Part shown: positions 1-20,514 of the stretch, one piece after another
Layout of the letters: each line of letters begins with the position of its first letter
Position numbering within the stretch: the first letter of the stretch is position 1
DNA from: the human T2T-CHM13v2.0 reference genome, Homo sapiens
DNA length: 64,000 nucleotides
Direction: 5' to 3' (one strand)
Assembly: GCF_009914755.1 (NCBI RefSeq)
Contig: NC_060942.1
The notes under the pieces: model-generated
What the model was told of the DNA's origin: nothing
Seen by the model: only the letters and a program-made list of their open reading frames with translations
Databases searched by the model: none
Position numbers and translations under genes: made by a program

Positions 1-3000
1 GTTGTGGACAATCCATGAATATCCCAACATCTGTTGTAGGAAGGTTAAGATTACTTTTTTTTTTTTTGCTGTACTGAACTGAATACTCTTATTTATAATG
101 TCAGACAAATGTAATGTTGTATATAAATAGAACTAGGAAAATGTGCCATTTGTCTTAGTATTTAATCAAGATGGAAGTCTGGGCCTACCTCCTCTCTTTT
201 ATTAATATGTAGACAGGACACCAACACAAATTAGAATGAAGACAAACAAAATGTTAGCAAATGAAGAATGGTATCAATTGGTTAAAATGTGATGAAATAG
301 AGTGGTGAATATTTACATAGAATCCATGATGTGTTAGGTGCTATTTCAAGCTATTTGCACATATAGTTTTAATACCAATGACGTTAAAATGTATAACACA
401 AAGATTCATATAAATAAAAATTACAACATTGTAAATAATATTAGGTGACACTAAAACTGTCATAGAAATACACATTTATATAAAACATAAAGTAACATGA
501 AGTATTAAATTTTAGAAACTTTGATTACTAATCAGATGAACAACTGATTAGCCTTTTTATCCAGTAAAAAAGGCATACATATTATTTTCAAATTCCAGAG
601 ACAAATATTTTAAATATTGAAGTTGAAGACCTAAAAATGTGTCACTGACCTCATGGAAGTAGATATTCACTAGGTGATATTTTCTAGGCTCTCTGAAATT
701 ATATCAGAAAAATGTGAATTAGAATATAACCCATAAATAATATCTGGCCACATACAAAGTAATTGAAGATCAATTTAAATGGCTATTGGATTAAGAAATA
801 GGGACTGAGGTAAATTTGCAGTGTCAGGGAGGATCTAAGGAGGAAGCATTGACACTGGAGCCCAAGGACCTGGGATCACAGAACAGATTCTACCAGTGCT
901 AACTTACTGCTCCACAGAAAACATCAATTCTGCTCATGCGCAGGTACAATTCATCAAGAAAGGAATTACAACTTCAGAAATGTGTTCAAAATATATCCAT
1001 ACTTTGACATATTAATGAAGTAATCACATTCTACACATAACTACTCCATATGGAATACTGGGGAGGAGGTGTTCCAAATAAAGAGACTGAGGATTTCTCA
1101 TGAGAACTCAGTGTCTGCTAGAAAATATCTAAGTAAAATATTTTACTTATGTGGAAAGTGTGGATGTTTGTGCATCAAAAGTTTCAAGAATCCCTAAAAT
1201 TTACAATGGAGATGAGGAGAAAATATCAGAATTTCCCAGCACCAGAAATAAGGCAAGAAAAAATTCAGAGGGGTTGTAAATGTGAAAAGCCAATGGCTGG
1301 TCACACAGCAACATTGATAACCTTGTGCCTGGACAACTAGAATAAATACATAAACATACACATTGAAAATATTTCCAATATTAGATCTCCCTCATGTGAG
1401 AACTAAATTATAAAGATTGAAGCATAGAAGAAAATAAGCTACCAGAATAAATTTGATTACACATAAATTTCTGATATTGAAACTGTCACAAATGTTTAAG
1501 TTGGTAGTGGAAGACAAAGGACATATAATCTTGGGAGTCCTAAGGCCCTGCCCACTGCCAGTCCCTCCACACTACTACAGCTGATGCTTTCTGGAAATCA
1601 CCACCTCCTGGCAGGAGCCCAACCAGCACAAATATAGAGCATTAAACCACCAAAGCTAAGGAGGCTCACAGAGTCTATTGCACCCTTCACCACCTCCACT
1701 GGAACAGGCGCTGGTATCCATGGCTCAGAGACCCAAAGATGGTTCACATCACAGGGCTCTATGCAGACAACCCCCAGTACCAGCCCAAAGCCACGTAGAC
1801 CTGCTGGGTGGCTAGACCCAGAAGAGAGACAACAATCAATGCACTTTGGCTTACAGGAAGCCATGCCCATAGGAAAAAGGGGAGAGTACTACGTCAAGGG
1901 AACACCCCGTGGGATGAAAGAGTCTGAACAACAGTCTTCAGCCCTAGACCTTTCCTCTGACAGAGTCTACCAAAATGAGAAGGAACCAGAAAACCAACCC
2001 TGGTAATCTGACAAAACAAGAATCTTCAACACCCCCCAAAAAATCACACCAGTTCATCACCAATGGATCCAAACAAAGAAGAAATCACTGATTCATCTAA
2101 AAAAAAATTCAGGTTAGTTATTAAGCTAATCAGGGAGGGGCCAGAGAAAGATGAAGCCCAATGCAAGAAAATCCAAAAAATGATACAATACGTGAAGGGA
2201 GAATTATTCAAGGAAATAGATAGCTTAAATAAAAAAATAAAAAATCAGGAAACTTTGGACGTACTTTTAGAAATGTGAAATGCTCTGGAAAGTCTCAGCA
2301 ATAGAATTGAACAAGTAGAAGAAAGAAATTCAGAATTCGAAGACAAGGTCTTTGATTTAACCCAATCCAATAAAGACAAAGAAAAAAGAATAAGAAAATA
2401 TGAGCAAAGTCTCCAAGGAGTCTGGCATTCTGTTAAATGATGAAACCTAACACTAATTGGTGTACCTGAGGAAGAAGTGAATTCTAAAAGCCAGGAAAAC
2501 ATATTTGGGAGAATAATCTAGGAAAACTTCCATGGCCTTGTGAGAGACCTAGACATCCAAATACAAGAACCACAAATAACACCTGGGAAATTCATCACAA
2601 AAAGATCTTAGCCTAGGCACATTGTCATTAGGTTATCCAAAGTTAAGACAAAGGAAAGAATCTTAAGAGCTGTGAGACAGAAGCACTAGGTAACCTATAA
2701 AGGAAAACCTGTCAAATTAACAGCAGATTTCACAGCAGGAACCTTACAAGCTAGATGGGATTGGGGCCCTTTCTTCAGCCTCCTCAAACAAAACAATTAT
2801 CAGCCAAGAATTTTGTATCCAGCAAAACTAAACATCATATATGAAGGAAAGATACAGTCATTTTCAGACAAACAAATGCTGACAGAATTTGCCATTACCA
2901 AGCCAGGACTCTAAGAACTGCTAAAAGGAGCTCTAAATCATGAAACAAATCCTGGAAACACATCAAAACAGAACTTCATTAACGCATAAATCACACAGGA

Positions 3001-5340
3001 CCTATAAAACAAAAATACAAGTTAAAAAACAAAAACAAAGTACAGAGGCAACAAAGAGCATGATGAAAGCAATGGTACCTCACTTTTTAATACTAATGTT
3101 GGTTGTAAATGGCTTAAATGCTCCACTTACAAGATACAGAACCACAGAATGGATAACAACTCACCAACTAACTATCTGCTGCCTTCAGGAGACTCACCTA
3201 ACACATAACGACTTACATAAACTTAAGGAAAGTGGTAGAAAAAGGCATTTCATGCAAATGGACACCAAAAGCAAGCAGCAGTAACTATTCTCATATGAGA
3301 CAAAACAAACTTTAAAGCAACAGTAGCTAAAAGAGACAAAGAGAGACAGTATATCATCTGTCACCTGACAGTCTCATCCAACAGAAAAATATGACAATCC
3401 TAAACATATGTGAACCTAACACTGGAGCTCCCAAATTTATAAAACAATTACTAGTAGACATAAGAAATAAGATAGACAGCAACACAATAATAGTGGGGGA
3501 CTTCAATACTCCACTGACAGCACTAGACAGGTCATCAAGACAGAAAGTCAACAAAGAAACAATGGATTTAAACTATACTTTGGAACAAATGGACTTAACA
3601 GATATATATAGAACATTTCATCCAACAACCACAGAATACACATTCTATTCAACAGCACATGGAATTTTCTCCAAGATAGACCATATGATAGGCCATAAAA
3701 TGAGTCTCAATAAATTTAAGAAAATTGAAATTGTATCACGCACTCTCTCACATCACAATGGAATAAAACTGAAAATCAACTCCAAAAGGAATCTTCGAAA
3801 CCATGCAAATACATGGAAATTAAATAACCTGCTCCTGAATGAGCATTGGGTGAAAAACGAAATCAAGATGGAAATGTAAAAAATTTCTTCGAACTGGATG
3901 ACACAACCTATCAAGACCTCTGGGATACAGCAAAGGCAGTGCTAAGAGGAAAGTTTATAGCACTAAACACCTACGTCGAAAAGTCTGAAAGAGCACAGAC
4001 AATCTAAGTTCACATCTCAGGGAACTAGAGAAGGAGGAACAAGCCAAACCCAATCCCAGCAAACAAAGGAAATAACCAAGATCAGAGCAGAACTAAATGA
4101 AATTGACACAACAACAACAACAACAAAAATACAAAACATAAATAAAACAAAAATTTGGTTATTTGAAAAGATAAAATTGATAAACCATTAGCAAGATTAA
4201 CCAAGAAAAGGAGAGAAAATCCAAATAACCTCACTAAGAAATGAAACAGGGGATATTACAACTGACACCACTGAAATATTAAAGATTATTCAAGGGTACT
4301 ATGAACACCTTTTAGCACATAAACTAGAAAACCTAGAAGAGTTGGATAAATTCCTGGAAAAATACAACCCTCCTAGCTTAAATCAGGAAGAATTAGATAC
4401 CCCAAGCAGACCAATAAAGCAAGCAGCAAGATTGATAGGGTAATTTAAAAATTACCAACAAAAAAAGCCAAGGACCAGACGGATTCACAGCAGAATTCTA
4501 CCAGACATTCAAAGAAGAAATGATACCAATCCTTTCACACTATTCCACAAGACAGAGAAAGAAGAAACCCTTCCAATTCATTCTATGAAGCCAGCATCAG
4601 CCTAATACCAAAACCATGAAAGGACATAACCAGAAAAGAAAACTACAGACCAATATCCTTAATGAACGCAGATGCCAAAATCCTTAACAAAATACTATCT
4701 AACTGAATCCAACAACATATCAAAAAGATAATCCACCAAGATCAAGTGGGTTTCATACCAGTGATACAGGAATGGTTTAACATATGCAAGTCAATAAATG
4801 TGATACACCAAATAAACAGAATTTAAAAAAAACTCACATGATTATATCAACAGATGCAGAAAAAGCATTCAACAAAATCTAGCATTGCTTTATGATTAAA
4901 GCTCTCAGCAAAATAGGCATACAAGGGACATACCTTAATGTAATAAAAGCCATCTATGACAAACCCACAGCCAACATAATACTGAATGGGGAAAAGGTGA
5001 AAGCATTCCCTTTGAGAATTGGAACAAGACGAGGAGACTACTCTCACCACTCCTCTTCAACATAGTACTGGAAGTCCTAGCCAGAGCAATCATACAAAGG
5101 AAGGAAATAGAGGAAATCCAAATCGGTAAAGAGGAAGTCAAACTGTCACTGCTTGCTGACAATATGATCTTTCACCTTGAAAACCCTACAGACTCCTCTA
5201 GAAAGCTCCTAGAACTGATAAAAGAATTCAGCAAAGTTTCCAGATACAAGATAAATGTACACAAATCAGTAACTCTTCTATACATCAACAGCTACCAAGC
5301 AGAGAATCACATCAAGAACTCAACCCCTTTTACAATAGCT

Positions 5341-5373
<33 letters not shown>

Positions 5374-5445
5374 TAGGAATATACCTAGCAAAGGAATCAA
5401 AAGACCTCTACAATGAAAATTACAAAACACTGCTGAAAGAAATCA

Positions 5446-5652
<207 letters not shown>

Positions 5653-6936
5653 TCATAGATGACACAAACAAATGGAAACGCACCCCCATGCTCATGGATG
5701 GGTAGAACCAATATTGTGAAAATTACCATTCTGTTAAAGGCAATCTACAAATTCAATGCAATCCCCATCTGAACACCACCATCATTCTTCACAGAATTAC
5801 AAAAACGATTCTAACATTAATATGGAACCAAAAGAGAGCCATGTAGCCAAACCAAGGCTAAGCAGAAAGAACAAACCTGGAGGCATCACACTACTTGATT
5901 TCAAACTGTACAATAAGGCCACAGTTACCAAAACAGCATGGTACTGGTTTAAAAATAGGCATATACACCAATGGAACAGAAGAGAGAACCCAGAAATTAA
6001 CCCAAATACTTACAGCCAACTGATCTTCAACAAAGTAAACAAAAACATAAAGTGGGGAAAGGACACCCTTTTCAACACATGATGTTGGGATAATTGGTGA
6101 GCCACATGTAGGGGAATAAAATTGGATTCTCATCTCTCACCTTATATAAAAATCGACTCAAGATGGATTAAGAACTTAAACCTAATACCTGAGCTATAAA
6201 AATTCTAGAAAATAACACTGGATAAACCCTTCTAGACATTGGCATAGGCAAGGATTTCATGATGAAGAACCCAAATGCAAATGCAATAAAAACAAAGATA
6301 AATAGTTGGGACTTAATTAAACTAAAGAGCTTTTGCATGGCAAAGGGAACAGTCAGCAGAGTAAACAGACAACCCACAGAGTGGGAGAAAATCTTCATAA
6401 TCTATACATCTGACAGAGGACTAATATCCAGAATCCACAACAAACTCAAACAAATCAGTATGAAAGAAAAAAACAACCCCATCAAAAAATGGGCTAAGGA
6501 CATGAATGGACAGTTCTCAAAAGAAGATATGCAAATGGCCAACAAACATAAATAAAAATGCTTAATATCACTAATGATCAGGGAAATGCAAATCAAAACC
6601 ACAATGCAATACCACCTTACCTCCTGCAACCCAAAAATAAAAAAACAGTAGATGTTGCCGTGGATGCAGTAAACAGGGAACACTTCTACACTGCTGGAGG
6701 GAATGTAAACTAGTATGCCACTATCAAAAATAATGTGGAGATTCCTTAAATAACTAAAAGTAGAACCACCATTTGATCCAGCAATCCCACTACTAGGTAT
6801 CTACCCAGAGGAAAATAAATCATTATTCAAAAAAGATACTTGCACACGCAAGTTTATAGCAGTACAATTCACAATTGCAAAATCGTGTAACCAACCCAAG
6901 TGCCCATCAGTCAACAAGTGGATAAAGAAACTGTGA

Positions 6937-7042
6937 GATAGATATATATAGATAGATATATAGATATATATATATAGATAGATAGATAGATATAGATAAA
7001 TATATATAGATATCTATAGATATATAGATATAGATATATATA
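6937..7042. repeat. (TA)n/(GATA)n compound microsatellite
   Basis: gatagatatatatagatag... tract. Confidence 0.95.
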
Positions 7043-7429
7043 ATGGAATACTATGTAGCCATAGAAAGGAATGAATTAACAGCATTTCCTGTGACCTGGA
7101 CGAGATTGGAGACTATTGTTCTAAGTGATGTAACCCAGGAATGGAAAACTCAACATTGTATGTTCTCACTGATATGTAGGAGCTAAGCTATGAGGACACA
7201 AAGGCATAAGAATGATGCAACGGACTTTGGGGACTTGGGAGGAAGAGTGGGAGGGAGGCGAGCAATAAAAGACTATGAATATGGTGCAGTCTATACGGCT
7301 TGGGTAATGGGTGCACCATAATCTCACAAATCACCGCTAAGGAACTTACTTATGTAACCAAATACCATCTGTACCCCGATAACTTATGAAAAAATTAAAT
7401 AAAAATAATAAATGAAAAATAAAGTATAA

Positions 7430-8538
7430 CACACCAAGAAAGTGAAGAGATAACCCACAGAATGGGAAAAAATGATTGCAAACTATCCATCTGACAAAGG
7501 ATTAATAACTGCAATATGTAAGAAGCTCAAACAACTCTACAAGAAAAAATCTAATAACCTGGTCAAAAATGGCCAAAAAGATTTGAAGATATATTTCTCA
7601 AAAGAAGACATACACATGGCAAACAGGCATATGAAAAGGTGCTCAAAATCATTGATAGAGAAATGCAAATCGAAACTGAAGTGTGACATCATCTCACTGG
7701 AGTTAAAATGGCTTATATGCAAAATACAGGAAATAACAAATGCTAGCGAGAATTTGGAGAAAAGGGAACCCTCATTTACTGTTGGTGGGAATGTAAATTA
7801 GTACAACCACTATAAACAACAGTTTGGAGGTTCCTCAAGAAACTAAAAATTAAGCTACCACATTATCCAACAATCCTACTGTTGGGTATATACCCAAAAG
7901 AAAGGAAATCAGTATGTTGAGATATCTGTACTCCTGTGTTTGTTGCAGCACTATTTACAATAGCTAAGATTTGGAAGCAACCTGAGTGTCCATCAAGAAT
8001 GGATTAAAAAATGTGGTACATACACACCATGGAGTACTATTCAGCCCTAAAAAAGAATGAGAACCAGTCATCTGCAAGGCCATGGATGGAACTGGAAATC
8101 ATTGTGTTAAGCAAAATAGCCAGCCACAGAAAGACAAACATCATATGTTCTCACTTATTTGTGGGATCTCAAAATCAACCCACTTGAACTCATGAACATA
8201 GAGAGAAGGATGATTACCAAAGGCTGGGAAGGATAGTGGGGAGCTAGGGTGAGGTGGGCATTGCTCATGGGTACAAAAAATAATTAGAATGAATGAGAGT
8301 CACTATTTGATAGCACAATAGGGTGACAATGGTCAATAATAACATAATTGTACATTTTAAAATAACTTAAAGTGTAATTAGATTGTTCACAACTCGAAAA
8401 ATAAATGCTTGAGAGGATGGATGTCCCATTCTTTGTGATGTGATTATTTAATTTTGTATGTCTGTATCAAAACATCTCATTTATGTTATAAATATATACA
8501 CCTATGTACCCACAAAAATTAAAAATTAAAAAATTATA
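7430..8538 (+). mobile_element. L1MA-type 3' fragment (ORF2 C-terminus, 3'UTR, A tail)
   Basis: ORF2 C-terminal peptide (SDKGLI..FSKEDI) and L1MA-type 3'UTR (ctatttgatagcacaatagggtgac). Confidence 0.85.
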
Positions 8539-9216
8539 AGACAGTTGACTCAATTTGAATTTTGGGTAATGTTATTATTTGTATAAATATCTTCCAATAC
8601 TTGCTTAAACACATTACACATAAATATGCAAATATTGCTTAGCTATACTAAAATGTTATTCATTGCTCATCCCAATTTTAAACTTTACTGTGTTCCTTAT
8701 ATTTTCTTTCAGTAAATCTGACACATTCATTTTAAAAGTATCATAGGATTTACAATAACATAGTACAGATGTGAGGAAAAAAGAATAAAATAAAAATCCT
8801 TAGAGGTCATATGGGTTGGTAAGAGTATAAAAGAAAACTGAGTCCCATATGATACATTAAAAACATAAATCAGGATGTACATCTCAGCTCTCACCAGGAG
8901 ACGTGGCAACCAGAATGTCCTTGGGCTGAGGGTGAAGTCCCTGACCACTCTCAGAGACAGACAATGCAAATCAAGTTCATTCTAACTGTGCTTGATTAAC
9001 CTTCAAAATTGTGTAAGTCCCTAAGCATATATATAATCATGAGTAGTTGTGGGGAAAATAACACCATTAAATGTACCAAAACAAAAGACCGATCACAAAC
9101 ACTGCCGATGTTTAGATCAGATGTGTGAAGCAAAGAAAGAGAGTATAATAAAAAATAATTTAAAGAAAATAGAGCTTGATAAATCTGTTTCTTCATCTTC
9201 ATAATAATGTCAAATT

Positions 9217-10372
<1,156 letters not shown>

Positions 10373-10381
10373 TAATATAAC

Positions 10382-10675
10382 TTTTTTTTTTTTTTTTAAA
10401 CAGAGTCTCACTCTGTCACCCAGGCTGGAATGCTGTGGCTAGATCTCGGCTCACTGCAACCTCCACCACCCTGGTTCAAGCGATTCCTCTGCCTCAGCCT
10501 CCCAAGTAACGGGGATTACAGGTTCCTGCCACCGTGCCTGGCTAATTTCTGTATTTTTAGTAGAGAGGGGGTTTCACCATCTTGACTAGGCTGGTCTTAA
10601 ACTCCTGACCTCGTGATCCACCGGCTCGGCCTCCCAAAGTGCTGGGATTACAGAAGTGAGCCACCGCGCCCAGCC
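10382..10675 (-). mobile_element. Alu (AluS-like)
   Basis: Poly(T) followed by antisense Alu ending gccaccgcgcccagcc. Confidence 0.93.
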
Positions 10676-11600
10676 AACGTTTCTTTTTTAAAGTGTGCAA
10701 GCTCTTTGACCATCATGTCTCTGTGCATCACTGCAATAAGATAACCAGAGCAACTGTTTCCACCGTGGAGTTGGGAGGAGATAAAGACACATCCTTTGTG
10801 CTTTGGGCGCTCTTATCAGGATCAGGGAGGCCCCTGCCCTCTGATTTTCTCTCTCTTAAATGTACAAAGTACAGAGATTTTTATCATGAATAATTTTAAG
10901 AGAAATTAAAAATTCTATATTGTTCAAGGACATGCAGGTTTTCTATTGATCATGTTTCCTCTTGATATTATTAGGCCCTGGCCAGCCGCAAATGAACAAT
11001 CTCTATCATCAACATTGTGTTCCTTTGCGTTTTAACCTTTCCTGATTCCATTCTCTCTACCTTTTATTTTGAAGAAGCATAGACACCAGAAAACCCTATC
11101 CCTACCAAATGCCAAAAAAAAAAACCCTAAAATTGTAAATATTAACATTTACAAGTCACATTTGGGAATATATAATTTAATTAGAAAATTACAATTTTAA
11201 ACTTTCAGAGGAAGTGGTAGTAATATAAAACAGAGGACATTTTTATAATAAGGAACTCTTATATTTTGCAAATTATTATTCTCTCATCACCAAATAGTGC
11301 TACCTAAAGTAATATACAACCAATTTAATAAGTTTAGTTTTAAAAAACACAAAATTACAAAACAATTAATACAATATTTGAAATTATGATGCATATTGCC
11401 AGCCTCCCTTCAGGTAAAATTCTATTAACTCTACAAAAATTTTCTAAATGGCAGATGTTACATTTCCAGAAAGCTTTGTGGTAACCAAAAAAGAATTGAT
11501 TTATTAGCAATTTTTATATCACACTGAGACAAAATATTATTTGTGATAAATATTGTTATGTATTTAAAACATCTCATGTATTAAGAAATCATACTTTAGA

Positions 11601-16100
<4,500 letters not shown>

Positions 16101-17329
16101 CTTTACATAAATGCATAAAGTCTAGAACAGCTAATATATTATAATGAAATATCAACTATAATCCCAGCTCAAACAGAACACCATGAAATTATGAAGGGCT
16201 TTCCACAAATCTCTAAATTTATGTCTTCATAAGATTACATTTCTATTTCTTCTTGAATAATTTCCTTATTTGAGCTATGATTTAGTGATAGTAAGACGGT
16301 AATTATAAGGAGAAACTTCTCCCAACACTCCATTGAGAAAATTCTGCCTCATTTCACCACACACCAGAGTCTTAAGCAGTCACTTCTAATGTAGCTGAAC
16401 AATAGATCCTCACCCACCTGAGTCTATGAATTGAATCAACATATGTGAGATAAGGCCCCCAAGGAGTGGTAGTAAGCTGGGAATGCCATCAGCTCATCTT
16501 CCTTCAGGCCTATATTTGTCATTGTCACTTGTAGAAGCAGGACAGCCCTGGCGTTGGGGTTGTTAGAAACAGAGAGTATCAAAGGGAAAACTGAAGTTCC
16601 CTAATTTTTGGAAAACAGCAGATTGGAGACAGATGGGCTCCAGCGTTTTCCATGTGTGAGGTCATTATCCCAGGTAGCCTTGCTCAGGACCTCAGGACCA
16701 CATTTCTTGTCAGCAAAACAGAAGTCAAATGATATTTCTACCTTCCAAGAGAATAGAACATAATGTCAGATTTTCTCATGGATTCCCACAAGTTCAAGAA
16801 ACTTTCATGGCCTTATTTAACTGCTTAAGCATTTCAACTAAAAAATTGTCTTTCAAATACACAGGAATCTATTTGGAATAATTTTAACCAGAAAAAGTTG
16901 GAATTCTAAAGTAAAAAATGCATAAGGCAATCAAAATTTTTTACAGCTTTTAATTTAGATGTCAATGGGGAAAAAAACATTCTCTGAAATTTGCTTTTAT
17001 ACCATTAAAGACTTATTTTTTACTACCAGCAATACAGGGCAACTCATTCAGGTTGAATCTTGAAGGTAAACTTTAACTTAATTTTAAGTTTTGGCTAATT
17101 TTTAAGCATTTATCAATCACCTACCATGATTTCATCTCAGAAACCAAAATCTCAATTTCATTTAGGCCTTTGAAATATTAAAACAGAAGGTTAAATGCTT
17201 CAAAAAAATATTCATGTAGAGGCTTATATATGTGGACCAGGAATCTCCCTGTATTACAAAGCTTATGAGAACATAACAAATGTTGATACACACATTTAAT
17301 TCTAAAATAAAAACTTACAACAAATAAAA

Positions 17330-19631
17330 CTGTAACAAATCAAGAAAATTTTGTAGGTTTCACATTTTATGTCTGAAAATATAGGTATAAACACTCAAGG
17401 AAGGATAAAAGAAATCACAAGAGAAAATAGAAAATATCTAGAGACAAATTAAAAATATGAAATACTGAAAGAGATACATCAAAAACAATACCATAAGGGA
17501 AAAATTTATAGCTATAAATGATAAAAAATAAGATACCGAATAAACAACTTTACTCCTAAGGAACTAGAAACAGAGGGAAAAAGAGGGACTACTAAAAGAG
17601 GGACAACTAAAAGCTAGCAAAATTTTAAAAATGATAAAGACAGCAGTGGAAATAAGTGAAATAGAGAAGAGAAAAACAATATGAAAAATCAACAAAACCA
17701 AGTTTGTTCTCTGAAAAAGATCAAAACTGACAAAATTTTATCTAGATTGACTAAGGAAAAAAAGGGAATACTCAAATTACTAAACTCAAAAATAAAATGG
17801 GTACATTACTAACAAATTTTTGGAGTAAAAAAAGGATGTATGAGAGTACCATAAGGAACTATACACTAAAAAATTGAATAACCTAAATAAAATGAACAAA
17901 TTCCTAGAAACAAAAAACCTACTAAGACTGAATCAGAAAAGTTGAATAAACCTATTCAGCAAGGAGATTCACCAAGAAGATGACATCAGTAATCAAAAAC
18001 CCAGCAACAAAGAAAAGCCTGGACAAGATGGCTTCACTGTTGAAATCTACCCAACGTTTAAAGCAGAATTAACACCAGTTTTTCTCAAACTTTTTCAAAA
18101 CGTTGAAGAGGAGGTAACATTTTCTAACATATTCTATGCAGACAGTATTACCCCGACACCAAGTCAGACAAAGGCACCATAAGAAAACTACAAACAAACA
18201 TCCCTTACAAATGCTGATGCAAAAATCCTCAACAAAATACCAGCAATTCAAATTTAGCAGTACATTAAAAGGATTATACACTATGAATGAGTATAATTGA
18301 CTCCTGAAATAAAAGTATGTTCCAACACATGAAAATCAGCATATCACATTAACATAAAGAAGGAAAAAACCCTCATGTGATCATCTTAATCAAAGAAGAA
18401 AAAGAATTTGTCAAAATTTAACCCACATTCATGATAAAATATACTTAATAAGCTATAAAAAGGAATAAAACACCTTAACATAAGGTTATATTAAAAAAAT
18501 ACACAGCTAACATTATAATGAAAGACTGAAAGCTTTTACCCTAAGAGCAAAATCAAGGATGCCTGCTTTTACTACTTCTATTTAATATAGTACTGAAGGT
18601 TCTAGTTAGTTAAAACAATAAGGCAAGTAAAACAATAAAACATATTCCAATTTTTAAAAAAGTAAAATTTTCTGTTCGCAGATGACATAACCTTGTATAT
18701 TAAAAATCTTTTAGTTTCTGTGAGATAAACTATCAGATGCAATAAATAACATTCAGCAAAACTGCAGGATACAAAATCAACACACAAAAATCGGTCGTAT
18801 TTCTACAATAACAAACCATCTGAAGAAGAAATCAAGACAACAGTATCATTTATGATAGCATCAAAAGAATAAAATACTTAGAAACCAATTTAACCAAGGA
18901 AATGAGAAACCTGTACAGCAAAAGTATAAACATTGCAGGAAAGTATTAAAGATAACACAAATAAATGAAAAGACATCATGTGTTTATGGACTGGAAGACA
19001 AAACCTCATCAAGATTCCATTGTTATCAATAGTCATCTACAGATTCAATAAAATCACTATAAAGATTCCAATATTTGCAAAAATACAAAAACCTATTCTA
19101 AAATTCAGATGAAATCTCAAAAAACCCCAAGTAGCCAAATCAATCTTAAAAACTAACAAAATTAGAGGACTAACACCTCCTGGTTTCAAACTTACTGCAA
19201 TGCTTCAGTACCCAAAACAATGCTGTACCACCATAGAGACAGACATAAAGACCAATGCAATAGAAATAAAGAACCAAAAAACACAGTCATGATTTTTAAC
19301 AAGGGAGTCAAAACTATGGGGAAAGGACAGTATATTTTTAAACGGTGTTAAGAATGAATATTTACATGGAAAACAATACAGTTGGAGCCTTATTTTACAC
19401 CATATAAAAAACTTAATTTAAAATGGACTAAACATCTAATTGTAAGAGCTAAAACTATAAAACCCTTAGAAGAAACATAGGAAAAATGTTTCATAACATA
19501 GAATCTGGCAATAATTTCTTGGATATGACAGTGAAAGCACAGACAACAACAACACCAAAAATACATAAAAAGAACTTCATCAAAGTGACAAGCTGTTATG
19601 TATCTGAAGACACAATCAATAGATTGAAAAT
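17330..19631 (+). mobile_element. Old L1M ORF2 fragment (continues at ~25713-26600 beyond the L1PA insertion)
   Basis: Degenerate ORF2 (gatggcttcact..gaaatctac; ctgttcgcagatgacata = LFADD). Confidence 0.85.
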
Positions 19632-19872
19632 GGAATAGGAACAGCTCTGGTCTACAGCTCCCAGCGTGAGCGATGCAGAAGACGGGTGATTTCTGCTTTT
19701 CCATCTGAGGTACTGGGTTCATCTCACTAGGGAGTGCCAGACAGTGGGCGCAGGTCAGTGGGTGCACGAACCGTGCACAAGCCGAAGCAGGGTGAGGCAT
19801 TGCCTCACTCGGGAAGCGCAAGGGGTCAGGGAGTTCCCTTTCCTAGTCAAAGAAAGGGGTGACAGACAGCAC

Positions 19873-20064
19873 CTAGAAAATCGGGTCACTCCCACCCGAA
19901 TACTGTGCTTTTCTGACGGGCTTAAAAAAACGGCGCACCATGAGATTATATCCCACACCTGGCTGGGAGGGTCGTACGCCCATGGAGTCTCGCTGATCGC
20001 TAGCACAACCGTCTGAGATCAAACTGCAAGGTGGCAGCGAGGCTGGGGGAGGGGTGCCCGCCAT
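19873..20064 (-). CDS. L1 antisense ORF0-like peptide (63 aa, frameshifted C-terminus)
   Basis: MAGTPPPASLPPCSLISDGCAS... matches the primate L1 ORF0 N-terminus. Confidence 0.7.
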   Translation of the reverse strand: MAGTPPPASLPPCSLISDGCASDQRDSMGVRPSQPGVGYNLMVRRFFKPVRKAQYSGGSDPIF

Positions 20065-20514
20065 TGCCCAGGCTTGCTTAGGTAAACAAAGCAGCCAGGA
20101 AGCTCGAACTGGGTGGAGCCCACCACAGCTCAAGGAGGCCTGCCTGCCTCTGTAGGCTCCACCTCTGGGGGCAGAGCACAGACAAACAAAAAGCAGTAAC
20201 CTCTGCAGACTTAAATGTCCCTCTCTGACAGCTTTGAAGAGAGCCGTGGTTCTCCCAGTACACAGCTGGAGATCTGAGAATGGGCAGACTGCCTCCTCAA
20301 GTGGGTCCCTGACTCCTGACCCCTGAGCAGCCTAACTGGGAGGCACCCCCCAGCAGGGCACACTGACACCTCACATGGCAGGGTACTCCAACAGACCTGC
20401 AGCTGAGGGTCCTGTCTGTTAGAAGGAAAACTAACAAACAGAAAGGACATCCACACCAAAAACCCATCTGTACATCACCGTCATCAAAGACCAAAAGTAG
20501 ATAAAACCACAAAG

